Of a stretch of 62,785 nt of DNA, positions 47,047 to 56,179 are shown one piece after another. The DNA lies in contig CAJUKM010000002.1 of the NCBI GenBank assembly GCA_910587535.1, positions 1 through 62,785 of the forward strand. Direction: 5' to 3'. Numbering within the stretch: position 1 is the first letter of the stretch; each line of letters opens with the position of its first letter. The position numbers and the translations under genes were made by a program. This DNA comes from an uncultured Bacilli bacterium (lineage in GTDB: Bacteria; Bacillota_I; Bacilli_A; RF39; UBA660). The notes under the pieces are model-generated. The model saw only the letters and a list, made by a program, of their open reading frames with translations. It made no database searches and was not told where the DNA came from.

Positions 47047-48042
47047 ATGAAAGAAAAAATTAATACAAATATCTATTACCTCTCATGGATATTGATTGCC
47101 ATTTTATCTCTGGTATTTTTTCGTCTTGTAAAATTGTACGATGTAGTATGTACTGTTTTAGGTATAGTAACTCCAGTACTTTTCGGATATATATTAGCGT
47201 GGATTTTAAATCCGATCTTAAAAAGAATGAAAAAGCATATGGATAGTAAAGTGGCCATAGGGATAATGATCGTGGTCACGGTAGGTATATACTCTTTATT
47301 GATTTGGAAACTGTTGCCACTCGTCATCGCAAATTTAGAAAATATGTACGGTATGTTGAATACGTATCTCGATAAATTACAAAAGTACGAATTTTTAAAT
47401 GGGGTAAGAGATTACGCATCGATAGATATGGACACCATTATCAGTTCTTGTAGTAATTTAGTAAACTTTTTCATCATCTTTGGTTTAGTGCATCTTTTCG
47501 GGTTTTATATACTTTACAACTACGATCAGGTCAATTCGTTTTTGAGAGGATTGATCCCACTAAAGTATAAGCGCATATCCCTAGAATATTTGCGGAAGAT
47601 GAGCACAAATATGAGAGCATACATCAAAGGTACCCTCATAGATACACTCATATTATTTTTAGCTTCTTCGATATTGTATTTCGTAATAGGCTTAGATTAT
47701 CCAATAATGCTCGGTTTCTTTTCGGCGATTACAAATATAATTCCTTTTGTAGGGCCATATATTGGAGGAGTTCCTGCAGTGATGGTCGGCCTTGCTAAAA
47801 GTATGAGATTGGGTCTCGCTACACTTGGAGTGATTATCTTATGTCAAACTGTCGAATCGAACATAATAAACCCTATGATCATGAGTAAATGCATAAAAGT
47901 AAATCCGATTTTGATCATCTTGTCTCTATCGATTATGGGAAAATTTTTCGGACTATTCGGCATGATATTCGCCGTTCCGTCGATCATAATTTTCAAATTA
48001 ACTGTAGAATTCATACAAAAATATAGAAAAGTCGCCGATTGA
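47047..48042 (+). CDS. AI-2E family transporter (PerM/UPF0118)
   Basis: 8 TM segments. ...ITNIIPFVGPYIGGVPAVMVGL... is characteristic. Confidence 0.85.
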   Translation: MKEKINTNIYYLSWILIAILSLVFFRLVKLYDVVCTVLGIVTPVLFGYILAWILNPILKRMKKHMDSKVAIGIMIVVTVGIYSLLIWKLLPLVIANLENMYGMLNTYLDKLQKYEFLNGVRDYASIDMDTIISSCSNLVNFFIIFGLVHLFGFYILYNYDQVNSFLRGLIPLKYKRISLEYLRKMSTNMRAYIKGTLIDTLILFLASSILYFVIGLDYPIMLGFFSAITNIIPFVGPYIGGVPAVMVGLAKSMRLGLATLGVIILCQTVESNIINPMIMSKCIKVNPILIILSLSIMGKFFGLFGMIFAVPSIIIFKLTVEFIQKYRKVAD

Positions 48043-48121
48043 GGGGCTTTTTTAATCGCTTTAATTTGATATTTTTCATAAATTATGTTAGAATACCTGC
48101 CGTTATTAAGGGGTGTATTAT

Positions 48122-50989
48122 ATGGAATGTAGAAAAGGGGTTACTAAAGAGTCGTTTGAGAATTTTTTGGATGGAAATATGATCTCTAGATCTATACTAG
48201 AGAGATTTACCGTGCATGATATCCTTTTAAGCCTCAAAAGTTATTTGAAACCGAGCGAATATTATTTTTTATACTATGCATATTTAGATAGTGAGCGCCC
48301 AAAAATATCCGATTTTGATATACTCTTTGGGTATGATCAAAACAGGAGAAATCATTTTTCTATTTCACTTATCGAAAAAGTCAAAAATAGACTGAAAGTT
48401 ATAGAGCATAGTGAAAGCGATAATATCAACTTAGAGATACGAAATGGAAAGATAACTCCTGTAGATCTCGATATTTTATTAGCGTATTTCTTTTTGAAAA
48501 GTACATTAAAAGAAGACGAACTGGCATTCTTTAGATCTGCTATTGAGCTCGATTTTTCCTTCTATGATGGAATTAGAGCATCTACCGCTGATTCTTCTAT
48601 GGATTTCGTGTCTATCTATATTCGTTTAAAGGAAAATTTTGATTCCTTAAATGGAGAAAGGAAAGAAGAATTCAATTATTTTGTCCATAAGGCTAGGAAA
48701 AAATATGGCTTACGCTTATGCAACATGAGCTTAGATAAAGATTTAGAGAGAGCATTATTAGATTATAAAATGTCTTCTAGTCTATGGGACAGATTACCTA
48801 AAGAAGAAGCATACGAAATAGTGATGGAAAAATGCGGGACATTGTTTGACGATTTGGAATTTGCCATAGAGTCGTACTTCGACGTCAATAGAGAAGAAGC
48901 TGGAAGTATCCTGGATGCAGAAAGAGAGATGAACTTGATACGTTTTGGATTTTTAAGACGTAATGACTTACCTATCGACGTTTTATGTCAAACGGCTATT
49001 ACTAATAAAGATAGATTTACTAGTGAAGAATATAACTATTTGATGGCTTTTAGATTTTTTAAGATGTCACAAAAAAAGTTTTTAAAAAGATATCCTAATT
49101 CTAGATTGTTAAAGTCAGATAAAGCTTTGATGGATAAATTAGAAGATATGTGTCTAAACATCAGTGACTATGGAAGAGGAGTGTCCCCTAATAAGGCCAA
49201 AGATAAAAGAAATAAAGGTATAGATCCAAACATCTACGTAAATTATATTTCAAACCCATTTATTTCTTTTACACCATTAGAAAGATGTCTTCTAGGGTTA
49301 TGTTTAGTTAAAAATGAATCTTATGAAGAAATTGGCAGAATGTACTCTCTCGATAAGAGTCAAATTTCGGAGACATTGATGAGTGCAATCCACAAGATAG
49401 ATTTTTATCGTTTTGGAATAATTAAACCTGTGTTTGAATTTACTAATGAGGATTATGAATATATCTTCAGTTCTCCTAATTTTTTAGAAAAAGAAAAGAG
49501 AATCATTAGAGAACTGCGAACAGGAAATTTGTCTTTTATCTGTCAAAAGTATCGTTTAAATGAAAACGAGATAAATTGCGTACTTAAGAAAATTTACGAC
49601 AGTTGTCTTCAAAAGAGATTAAAATTCACCTATGTTTCTGTTGAAGATATTATCGAAGATATAGACGGACATCCTTATCAATCTGTACTGGGCGATAGAG
49701 CAAAAAGAGTTCTTTCTTTGCATTTGGGCCTCACTAATAGATATAATTCATCAGGGAAAATCTATACCTATGGTGAGATAGAGCGCTTATATCCAGAATT
49801 AGGGATCAGTTTAGGTGATGTATATGCTATAGCGATGGAAAAATTAAAGAAGAAAAAAATGGGACTTACAAGAGGAACTTTTGCCTACATGACAAGAGAA
49901 GAAGTAGCAATACTTTTAGAAGATAAGAGATTGCCTATAAATCCAGAAGATAAAGAAATATTAGGCTATGCCTTTGGACTTTGCAATTATCCCTATAAAT
50001 CTCCTGATAGATTAGCAGAATTTTACGGTTGTAATATAAATAATTTGAGAAGGAGAATTCAAAGAATATTTTTAACTCTGTTTAAATATAGAGAAAAAGA
50101 AATACCAGGTGCTATCTCCTACGAACTCGATGTATTTCCAAATTTGAGATATTTTACTTTAAGTGATAGAAAGATTCTTAAAAGTTTTTATCACGAAAGA
50201 ATGTCTTATGGAGATATCGCAAAATCTTATGGCCTTTCTTACGATCAAGTCACCGAAAAACTTCGCAATCTTACAAATTATTTAGGAGACATTTTGGAAA
50301 GAAGAGCAGTGCCATTCGATTTTTCTTATTATAAGTCTATACCAGAGGCTAACGTTTCTTTTAATGGCGATATAAAATTTGCTAAAAGATTATTTAATCT
50401 ATATTATGAAGAACAAAAGACAATAAGAGAAATCAGGGATGAACTGAATTTAGAGTGCTCCAATAAAACCGTTATGAGACAAATAGACGCTTTAAAAAGA
50501 GCATATATGAAAAGAAAAGTAGGCATCTTAGCAACTCCAAAAATAAGCTATAGAGATATAAGAGATTTTTATTTGAAAAATAAAGATGAAATGGACGTTA
50601 AACATAAGGATTGTTATTATAAATTCTTCAAGCAGTTGAAGAAAAAAAGTGGAGAAAATGTCGATATGGATAGACAGTTTTCTATAAACGAAGTGAGTAG
50701 GGTAATCATATGCGACATACTACAAAGTAAAAATGTAAGAAGTTATTTGAGAGTTCAAAAGTTATCTAGAAAAAGAGTCATAAAATTTTTAAGAGAACAC
50801 CTCTACGATATCTCATCTCAATCGAGAGAAGCTTTAATGTCATATTTCAATATAAGCCGTCGCGATATCATGGATTATAGAGAAAAAGAAAGAGTTTTAA
50901 AGTTACTATCAACCATAGATGTAAAACCATTAGATCAAGTATTAGATCAAGTAGAAGAGAAGAAATTAGAGATAAGTGCAGTTGGGTAG
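48122..50989 (+). CDS. large cytoplasmic protein made of tandem sigma-70 region-4-like HTH modules
   Basis: The module type 'L(S/T)xxEkxxLxxxxxxxxSyxEIaxxxxxSxxxVxxxLxxaxxKL' recurs. Examples: LSDRKILKSFYHERMSYGDIAKSYGLSYDQVTEKLRNL; TPLERCLLGLCLVKNESYEEIGRMYSLDKSQISETLMSAIHKI; AKRLFNLYYEEQKTIREIRDELNLECSNKTVMRQIDALKRAY. ATG 48122 follows aagggg, with extended -10 tgttagaat at 48086-48094. Confidence 0.6.
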   Translation: MECRKGVTKESFENFLDGNMISRSILERFTVHDILLSLKSYLKPSEYYFLYYAYLDSERPKISDFDILFGYDQNRRNHFSISLIEKVKNRLKVIEHSESDNINLEIRNGKITPVDLDILLAYFFLKSTLKEDELAFFRSAIELDFSFYDGIRASTADSSMDFVSIYIRLKENFDSLNGERKEEFNYFVHKARKKYGLRLCNMSLDKDLERALLDYKMSSSLWDRLPKEEAYEIVMEKCGTLFDDLEFAIESYFDVNREEAGSILDAEREMNLIRFGFLRRNDLPIDVLCQTAITNKDRFTSEEYNYLMAFRFFKMSQKKFLKRYPNSRLLKSDKALMDKLEDMCLNISDYGRGVSPNKAKDKRNKGIDPNIYVNYISNPFISFTPLERCLLGLCLVKNESYEEIGRMYSLDKSQISETLMSAIHKIDFYRFGIIKPVFEFTNEDYEYIFSSPNFLEKEKRIIRELRTGNLSFICQKYRLNENEINCVLKKIYDSCLQKRLKFTYVSVEDIIEDIDGHPYQSVLGDRAKRVLSLHLGLTNRYNSSGKIYTYGEIERLYPELGISLGDVYAIAMEKLKKKKMGLTRGTFAYMTREEVAILLEDKRLPINPEDKEILGYAFGLCNYPYKSPDRLAEFYGCNINNLRRRIQRIFLTLFKYREKEIPGAISYELDVFPNLRYFTLSDRKILKSFYHERMSYGDIAKSYGLSYDQVTEKLRNLTNYLGDILERRAVPFDFSYYKSIPEANVSFNGDIKFAKRLFNLYYEEQKTIREIRDELNLECSNKTVMRQIDALKRAYMKRKVGILATPKISYRDIRDFYLKNKDEMDVKHKDCYYKFFKQLKKKSGENVDMDRQFSINEVSRVIICDILQSKNVRSYLRVQKLSRKRVIKFLREHLYDISSQSREALMSYFNISRRDIMDYREKERVLKLLSTIDVKPLDQVLDQVEEKKLEISAVG

Positions 50990-50997
50990 CAATATCG

Positions 50998-51025
50998 GGA
51001 TGTCTTTTATGGACATTCTTTTTTG
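50998..51025 (+). terminator. rho-independent terminator
   Basis: Stem ggatgtc (50998-51004) / gacattc (51012-51018, one G-U pair), followed by T6. Confidence 0.6.
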
Positions 51026-51099
51026 TATGGAAGAAAGTCCAATTAAAGTTTGCTTAATTCGGGCAATCTATGATAAAATGTGATAAGGTGGTTAAGGAT

Positions 51100-53589
51100 A
51101 TGGTAGACATAACTAAAAAAATATACGATTACAGTTTAGAAGAAATAATGGGTGAGAGGTTCGGATCTTACTCTAAATATATAATACAGGATAGAGCGAT
51201 TCCCGACGTCCGAGATGGATTAAAGCCAGTTCAAAGAAGAATACTCTATGCGATGAGCAAAGATAATAACACTTTTGACAAAAAGTTTAAGAAGTGTGCT
51301 AATGCCGTCGGTATAGTTTTGGGTAAATATCATCCACATGGAGATACGTCTGTATACGATGCACTAGTCAGATTGTCTCAAGATTGGAAACAGAACCATA
51401 TCTTAGTCGAAGTAGATGGTAACAACGGTTCGATAGATGGAGATCCTCCAGCAGCATACCGTTATACGGAATGTCGCCTTGCTAAAATTAGTGAAGAGCT
51501 TTTGGGCGATGTAGATAAGTTCGAAGCGATGAAGATAAACTTCGCTCCTAACTTCGACGATACGAGATTAGAACCTACCGTTTTGCCTTCTAGATTCCCT
51601 AATCTTCTCGTCAACGGTTGTACTGGAATAAGTGCCGGATATGCAACGAACATGCCTCCTCACAATCTAGGAGAGATCATCGACGCTACGATTAAGAGAA
51701 TAGATTCACCTAATTGTACTCTCGATACGATTTTAAACATCGTCAAAGGACCAGATTTTCCAACTGGAGGAATTATCGAAGGGTTAGATGGACTTCGTAA
51801 AGCATATGAAACAGGACGAGGAAAGATAAATGTCCTTTGTAAATACGAGTTCGTTAAGGAAAAGGGTAAAGATAAGATAGTTATCGATGAAATCCCTTTC
51901 GAAGTAAACAAAAAGATGTTGATTCTCAAAATAGATGAGATCAGAATAGATAAAAAAGTCGATGGCATTCAAGAAGTGAGAGACGAATCGGATAAAGATT
52001 CAAACTTGAGAATAGTCATAGATCTTAAAGCTGGCGCAAATAAAGAGTTAGTAATGAATTATTTGTTAAAATATACCGATTTGCAGGCCAGTTATAACTT
52101 CAATAACGTAACCATAGTTAACAGAAGACCTAGATTGCTCGGTATAATTCCGATAATAGATGCCTACATTGCCCATCAAAGAGAGATCGTCAAAAAATCG
52201 AGCGAATGGGATCTAGCTTTTGCCAAAAAACAATACCACATCACAGAAGGACTGGTAAAAGCTATAAGCATCTTAGATGAAGTCATAAGAGTTATCAGAG
52301 GTTCTAAAAACAAATCTGATGCCATTGCAAATTTAGTAAAAGAGTTCGAATTTACAGAGGAACAAGCTACGGCGATCGTCATGCTCCAACTCTATAGGCT
52401 TACGAATACCGACATAGTGACTTTAGAAGAAAAGTTGAAAGAATTGATGGCTGAGATAGAGAGATTAGAGGGTATCTTAAGCGATCAAAGTAAATTGGAT
52501 GGCGAGATTAAAACTACTCTCAGAAAGATCAAGAAAGAGTACGCTACACCTAGACGCACAGTCGTAAAAGATACAGTCACAGAGATCAAAATAAATGCCG
52601 AAGAGTTAGTATCTAATGAGAGAGTAATGGTAGTATTAACCATCGATGGATACCTAAAGAGAGTCAGTCTAAAGAGTTATTCTTCTTCTAGTGAAACAAC
52701 AGGATTAAAGCCAGGAGATGCACCTTTAAATATTTTTGAAGCTTCGACCTTAGATAAGATAATGATCGCAACAGATATGGGTAATTATCTCTATCTTCCA
52801 GTCTACGACATTCCAGAAGCAAAATGGAAAGAGATGGGTAAACATATAAGCAACATCGTCACAGTAAATCCAGACGAGAAGGTAGTTTCTTCTTTCATAG
52901 TGAATTCAAGTACTCAAGATGAGAATATAATATTTGTCACAAAAGACGGTATGGTTAAGAAGACGAGACTAGGCGCTTACAACGTCACACGTTTCAACAA
53001 AGAGATGGTTGCAATAAAACTTAAAGATAAAGATTCTGTAAAAGCGGTAAACTTTGAGAATAATGATTTTATCATCGTTACAGAAAACGGATATTCTTTG
53101 AGATTCGATACAGCTGATATTCCGGCAAGTGGGGTTAAGACTAGCGGAGTGAAGGGAATCTCTCTAAAAGATGGCGACCAAGTAATAAGTGGATATAGCA
53201 TATCTCAAGGAGATGAATACTTAACTATATTCACAGATAACAAAACGGCAAAGAGAATAAAGCTCGAAGAATTAGAGAAGAGTAGTAGAGCAAAAAGAGG
53301 TACGACCATACTTAAGAAAGTTAAGTCGACATCTTACAAAGTAAAAGACGTATTACTAAGCAATTCTAAGACGACTTTTAACCTAAAATATAGCGATGAA
53401 GTCAAATCCATTAGAGCTAGTGAGATACCTATTATGGATCTATCTAGTACGGGAAGTTCGATTTCTAAAACCGCTATTTCAAGCGTGCAAGTCGAACCTG
53501 TAGTCGTATCGATAAGTGAAGGTGTTCCAGTCGAAGCGAAAGAGATAGAAGATAAGAATGACGACTTTCTAGAAGACTTCAAGTTGTAG
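51100..53589 (+). CDS. parC: DNA topoisomerase IV subunit A (type IIA topoisomerase A subunit without a GyrA box)
   Basis: RAIPDVRDGLKPVQRRILYAM, HPHGD, active-site AAYRYTECRL. The start of the C-terminal beta-pinwheel lacks a QRRGGKG GyrA box. ATG 51100 follows aaggtgg. Confidence 0.8.
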   Translation: MVDITKKIYDYSLEEIMGERFGSYSKYIIQDRAIPDVRDGLKPVQRRILYAMSKDNNTFDKKFKKCANAVGIVLGKYHPHGDTSVYDALVRLSQDWKQNHILVEVDGNNGSIDGDPPAAYRYTECRLAKISEELLGDVDKFEAMKINFAPNFDDTRLEPTVLPSRFPNLLVNGCTGISAGYATNMPPHNLGEIIDATIKRIDSPNCTLDTILNIVKGPDFPTGGIIEGLDGLRKAYETGRGKINVLCKYEFVKEKGKDKIVIDEIPFEVNKKMLILKIDEIRIDKKVDGIQEVRDESDKDSNLRIVIDLKAGANKELVMNYLLKYTDLQASYNFNNVTIVNRRPRLLGIIPIIDAYIAHQREIVKKSSEWDLAFAKKQYHITEGLVKAISILDEVIRVIRGSKNKSDAIANLVKEFEFTEEQATAIVMLQLYRLTNTDIVTLEEKLKELMAEIERLEGILSDQSKLDGEIKTTLRKIKKEYATPRRTVVKDTVTEIKINAEELVSNERVMVVLTIDGYLKRVSLKSYSSSSETTGLKPGDAPLNIFEASTLDKIMIATDMGNYLYLPVYDIPEAKWKEMGKHISNIVTVNPDEKVVSSFIVNSSTQDENIIFVTKDGMVKKTRLGAYNVTRFNKEMVAIKLKDKDSVKAVNFENNDFIIVTENGYSLRFDTADIPASGVKTSGVKGISLKDGDQVISGYSISQGDEYLTIFTDNKTAKRIKLEELEKSSRAKRGTTILKKVKSTSYKVKDVLLSNSKTTFNLKYSDEVKSIRASEIPIMDLSSTGSSISKTAISSVQVEPVVVSISEGVPVEAKEIEDKNDDFLEDFKL

Positions 53590-53596
53590 GGATAAT

Positions 53597-53788
53597 ATGC
53601 CAATAGAAAAAAAGAATAAGTATCCCTTTGAAACTCTAGATACCACTACGATCTTCATACCGTTAGAATTACTCGCTTATCACTCGTATAGACTCTCTAA
53701 TGCCAAGAAAAAATCGAAAATCAAAATGGAAAAAAAAGAACTCGAAATAGTAAAATATTATTTGAGAAAAGAAAATAACGAAAAATAA
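53597..53788 (+). CDS. hypothetical small basic protein
   Basis: 63-aa ORF 8 nt after parC with RBS aggga. No family recognised. Confidence 0.4.
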   Translation: MPIEKKNKYPFETLDTTTIFIPLELLAYHSYRLSNAKKKSKIKMEKKELEIVKYYLRKENNEK

Positions 53789-53799
53789 GAGGTGGGAAA

Positions 53800-55359
53800 A
53801 TGTTTATAGAAGAATTACACGAACAAGTTATCCCACCTAATTTTTTAAATAGCATTCTCACGAATCCATCTCTTTATGGGATGTTTAAAGATGAATTCGA
53901 AGAGAATATAGAGTACTTTCAAGGAATAAAAAAAGAAGTATATCTAAAAGCTATGTTAGAGTTTATAGAGGATAGCCTCTTTTCTGGATTCGATTCACCA
54001 CAAGCTGCTGAGAGCAAATTGAAATACATGAGATGTTTTTATGATGACTTTTTGCTTTTAGAATTTAAAAAAGATCCAGAGTCTCTTTTAAAAACGCGTT
54101 TTTTTAAGGGGTTAGTTAGTGCATTTAAAGACGATGCTTATGCTAGAGATTCTTTAGAGTTTAAAGATTTCTATGAATATGTCTTCAACGTATCTTTGGA
54201 CTATATGGGAATTATAGAAGTTCTAACAAAAGATGCGATAGGAAACTTAAAAGATGGAGAAGAGCTCGGCATCAAAGAGTTCAACTTGATGTGTAACTAT
54301 GTCAAAAACAATATCGATGGTATTCTAGACATGGATATAGTAACTGGAATGCTCAAAAATCATGCCTTTAAGAAAAATCACATCTTCGATCGAGATGTCG
54401 CATGTGAATTAGTGTCGTCGACTATAAAGAATTATTTGACGACTTTCGGTATCGATTCGCAAGTTATATTTTTAGACGAAGATAGCGAAGAGGAGGATGG
54501 TGCCCTAGAAAACGTCATAGAAATAGAGGCTTCTGCAATAGATGGTTTTATCTCTCTTAATTATATAGAACTCTTCGAAGTTGCGTTTATGAAGGCAGAT
54601 CTATTAAAAGATCAAATCCTCTTAAAGGAGAACAGAGTAGATTATGATACTCTCAAAGTGATCATGAACTTCGTCTCCTTTGGTGTCGATTTAGAGAGAT
54701 TATTTGTAGAAGAAGAATACAAACCAGAAGAATATTTCGAAGACTTAAGAGCTTCAGGATTCATAAAAGCATTGAGATTTTTTGCCTCTTTTGGAGTCAA
54801 TCTGTTCTCTAATTATGTCGGGACAGTTACAAGAGATATAGTTTTAGATGACGAAATGACTGATGCGATTTCTCCTAAAGAAATATGCCTAGATCAGAGG
54901 TTTGAAAAAACGTTCAAAAAGATCGGCAATAAAGATGAATTGCTGAGTAGATTTTCTGTTTTAAAACTTCTTTTCAGTTCGGATGGAAAGAGAAAAAATA
55001 CTCTAGATTTAATAAAATCTATGTCTAAAAATGAATGTAACAGAGCTTTTCTAGATGAGTATCTTCACTCTAGAATAATAGATCCAGATTCGATGGTAGA
55101 AGACGTGAACAGACTATCTCAATATAAACCTAAGGATGAAGAAATAAAATTTTTGATAGAGGAAGAACTGAAATATATTTATGTCGATTCTTTCTTTTAC
55201 AGTTTGGATAGTTTTATAAAAGCTAATCCAAATATGGATATCGAAGAATATCTAGACGATCTATCTTTAAAGGTCAACTGTATAAAAGATACACCTTTAG
55301 CCCACAGATTTATCGATGAAGCAATTTTTACGATAAGTGATGTGAAACAATCTCTATAG
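53800..55359 (+). CDS. hypothetical acidic cytoplasmic protein (519 aa)
   Basis: Strong RBS agaggtggg. Long uninterrupted ORF. No motif recognised. Confidence 0.65.
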   Translation: MFIEELHEQVIPPNFLNSILTNPSLYGMFKDEFEENIEYFQGIKKEVYLKAMLEFIEDSLFSGFDSPQAAESKLKYMRCFYDDFLLLEFKKDPESLLKTRFFKGLVSAFKDDAYARDSLEFKDFYEYVFNVSLDYMGIIEVLTKDAIGNLKDGEELGIKEFNLMCNYVKNNIDGILDMDIVTGMLKNHAFKKNHIFDRDVACELVSSTIKNYLTTFGIDSQVIFLDEDSEEEDGALENVIEIEASAIDGFISLNYIELFEVAFMKADLLKDQILLKENRVDYDTLKVIMNFVSFGVDLERLFVEEEYKPEEYFEDLRASGFIKALRFFASFGVNLFSNYVGTVTRDIVLDDEMTDAISPKEICLDQRFEKTFKKIGNKDELLSRFSVLKLLFSSDGKRKNTLDLIKSMSKNECNRAFLDEYLHSRIIDPDSMVEDVNRLSQYKPKDEEIKFLIEEELKYIYVDSFFYSLDSFIKANPNMDIEEYLDDLSLKVNCIKDTPLAHRFIDEAIFTISDVKQSL

Positions 55360-55391
55360 TTATGCATATAATTTATTAGGGTGGTTTTGGT

Positions 55392-55766
55392 ATGAATAAG
55401 AAAGAGGAATTTAAAGATTTCGTTTCTAGACATCCAGATCTTATTAACATAGTCAGGGACAAGAGTCATAGCTGGCAAGATTTGTTCGAGGTTTACGATC
55501 TATATGGAAATGATGAGAGTCTCTGGGAAAAATATTTGAAAAACGCCAGTGGGAATAAAACCGTCAGTGACGACAAGATGAACAGTTTAGGAGAGCTGAC
55601 GAGATTATTTAAAAACGTCAACATAGATAATGTCCAGAAGTATATAGATACAGCTCAAAAAGCCATTAGTGTTATACAAGAGCTCACTGGTGGAGGGGCT
55701 GCTGGAGCAGCACTATCGAAAGGGCCTAGTGTTTCTAGACCGATAAACAAGATATTCGAGGATTGA
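55392..55766 (+). CDS. YlbD-like protein
   Basis: The pattern F.DFVSRHPDLINIVRDKSHSWQDLFEVYDLYGNDESLW plus C-terminal ...RPINKIFED resembles B. subtilis YlbD (from memory). Confidence 0.5.
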   Translation: MNKKEEFKDFVSRHPDLINIVRDKSHSWQDLFEVYDLYGNDESLWEKYLKNASGNKTVSDDKMNSLGELTRLFKNVNIDNVQKYIDTAQKAISVIQELTGGGAAGAALSKGPSVSRPINKIFED

Positions 55767-55772
55767 TAAGGA

Positions 55773-55994
55773 ATGCAATTAATAACGTTATATGCTCTTA
55801 AGAATGATACCGATATGCATAGATATTTGAGAGAAAATTCCGATTGGTATAAATATCTCAATAGAAGCGCAAGAAATTATCCATCGTTTGTGAAAGCGAT
55901 GAAGAAACAATACAAGCTCAATCCGACAGATAAAATCAGTGGAGCTTTAGACAACATAGACTTAATAAGTTCAGTCATACAAACTATAAAGTGA
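55773..55994 (+). CDS. YlbE-like protein
   Basis: ...YLRENSDWYKYLNRS... resembles the YlbE family (..P.WYR.LSR..). It is adjacent to the ylbD-like gene, as in Bacillus. The start codon is uncertain. Confidence 0.5.
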   Translation: MQLITLYALKNDTDMHRYLRENSDWYKYLNRSARNYPSFVKAMKKQYKLNPTDKISGALDNIDLISSVIQTIK

Positions 55995-56066
55995 GTATGA
56001 TTTTTTTGTCGGATAAAGGTTGTTATTCAGCAAATATTATGTTAAGATAATCATGAAAGTAGCGAG

Positions 56067-56089
56067 TATTATATTTAAACTTTCAAAAC
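56067..56089 (+). repeat. 23-nt repeat copy A (aaactttcaaaactttagtGaaa)
   Basis: Matches 62752-62774 at 22 of 23 positions, with 19 contiguous identities. Confidence 0.6.
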
Positions 56090-56179
56090 TTTAGTGAAAT
56101 CTTTCGATAAGAAGCAACTAGGCATCAGTATTTGGAGGGAAACTAAAGAAGAGTTCGGTAGAAGAAGGGATATTTTTTT

